NCBI GenBank assembly: GCA_008632985.1
Contig: QPGO01000024.1
Location: forward strand, 248,001-312,000
Origin: Psammoneis japonica
Taxonomy: Eukaryota
Direction of reading: 5' to 3'
Length of the DNA stretch: 64,000 nt
Positions 63,159-64,000 of this stretch are shown one piece after another. The translations under genes were made by a program, and so were the position numbers. The first letter of the stretch is position 1, and the number at the start of each line of letters is the position of its first letter. A model generated the notes under the pieces. That model worked only from the letters and a program-made list of their open reading frames with translations. It did not search any database and was not told where the DNA came from.

Positions 63159-64000
63159 TCAGACAAAGAGATTGGGCTATGGGCTTATCGTTAACCAGCC
63201 ACGAGCATGAAATCTTTACCGCAAAAAGAGGTTTTCAAAAGGTCCCCGATGACGGCAAGACGAAATTGTGGCACTGTAAGTAAGTAAGTGGCAATTAAGT
63301 AAAGTGGGGCCCTCAGTAAGTTGAAAGTTGTTGAAAGCATGTTGGATGTCAACAAAGAGCAGAGAGAAGGTGAGCATTGTTGGCCAATTGGCCTGGGTGA
63401 AAGATGGAATTTCTTTTCACTCCTGAACAATTTTGGTCCCCTCTGCCGCAGGTTCTTGGTCTTTTGAGTTCGATCCATTCGCGGCTCATTCTCTGCCATG
63501 CTCAATTCGCAGAAATTGTCAGGTGCTCCAGACCACGGCAAAATTGATTGAGTGCCGACAATGCCATGTGGCGACATTTCTTGCACAGCTTCCTTCCCAC
63601 ATTGGCATGGCCGGCGACGAAGAGCAGCTTCTCGGGTCTGTCATGAGCCAAATCTTCTGCGAGCCGCGTGGATCAAAAGAGCATGTCCTGGAGGAGTGGC
63701 TGCAATTCAAGGAGGAAGGTGAGCAAAGCAGAGACAATGAGAGCTTTTGATGCCCGTTGTGACAGAGAGCTCCTTCGACAGTCTTGCCGACGTGCTCCAC
63801 GGAGGCAATGTTCAGGTCAGAGCTACGACGGCAGGCCCAGCACAAGGAGAGGATGCCCTGTGGGTGGCTGCACTCTTGGAGGAGTCACCGCATGACAGCA
63901 GCGCGAAGTGGAAGGCAGACAGACAGACAGATGGATGATGACGAAAGGCCGCCCCAGTTCCCCTCATTGTGTTTGGCGGATCACTGGCGACGATGGGATC

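Noticed and set aside
1..64000. Alternative genetic code explaining Tyr->His/Cys
   Set aside because: Host genes in the same window use TAY for conserved Tyr and have standard stops, and TA loss occurs in all frames and in non-coding repeat DNA.

Overview
Eukaryotic genomic DNA, most likely a pennate diatom (inferred from the compact short-intron genes and diatom-type Ty3/Gypsy, Copia, Mutator-like and PIF/Harbinger remnants). It has two compartments. The gene-rich core (~10.8-41.5 kb plus an island at 54.1-55.8 kb) holds a CDIN1-like nuclease, CTF18, BMT2, SKA1, an ENT transporter, RRP41, an MFS transporter, NRS/ER, a FAAL-ACP protein, CacyBP, an LRR protein and a secreted His-motif protein. 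The repeat-derived blocks (1-10.8, 12.7-13.7, 24-28, ~42-54, 56.7-59.4, 60.6-62.7 and 63.3-64 kb) have lost almost all TpA dinucleotides, apparently to TpG/CpA, so Tyr codons read as His/Cys. CpG is also lost in some blocks but kept in others. The pattern looks like a repeat-targeted A:T->G:C hypermutation process running opposite to fungal RIP. It also hit a copy of a host gene (CCT6) and largely spares the YTAR context. A recently inserted non-autonomous LTR element (367-bp LTRs, 1 mismatch, 4-bp TSD) and a solo LTR provide unmutated internal controls. The mechanism is inference only.
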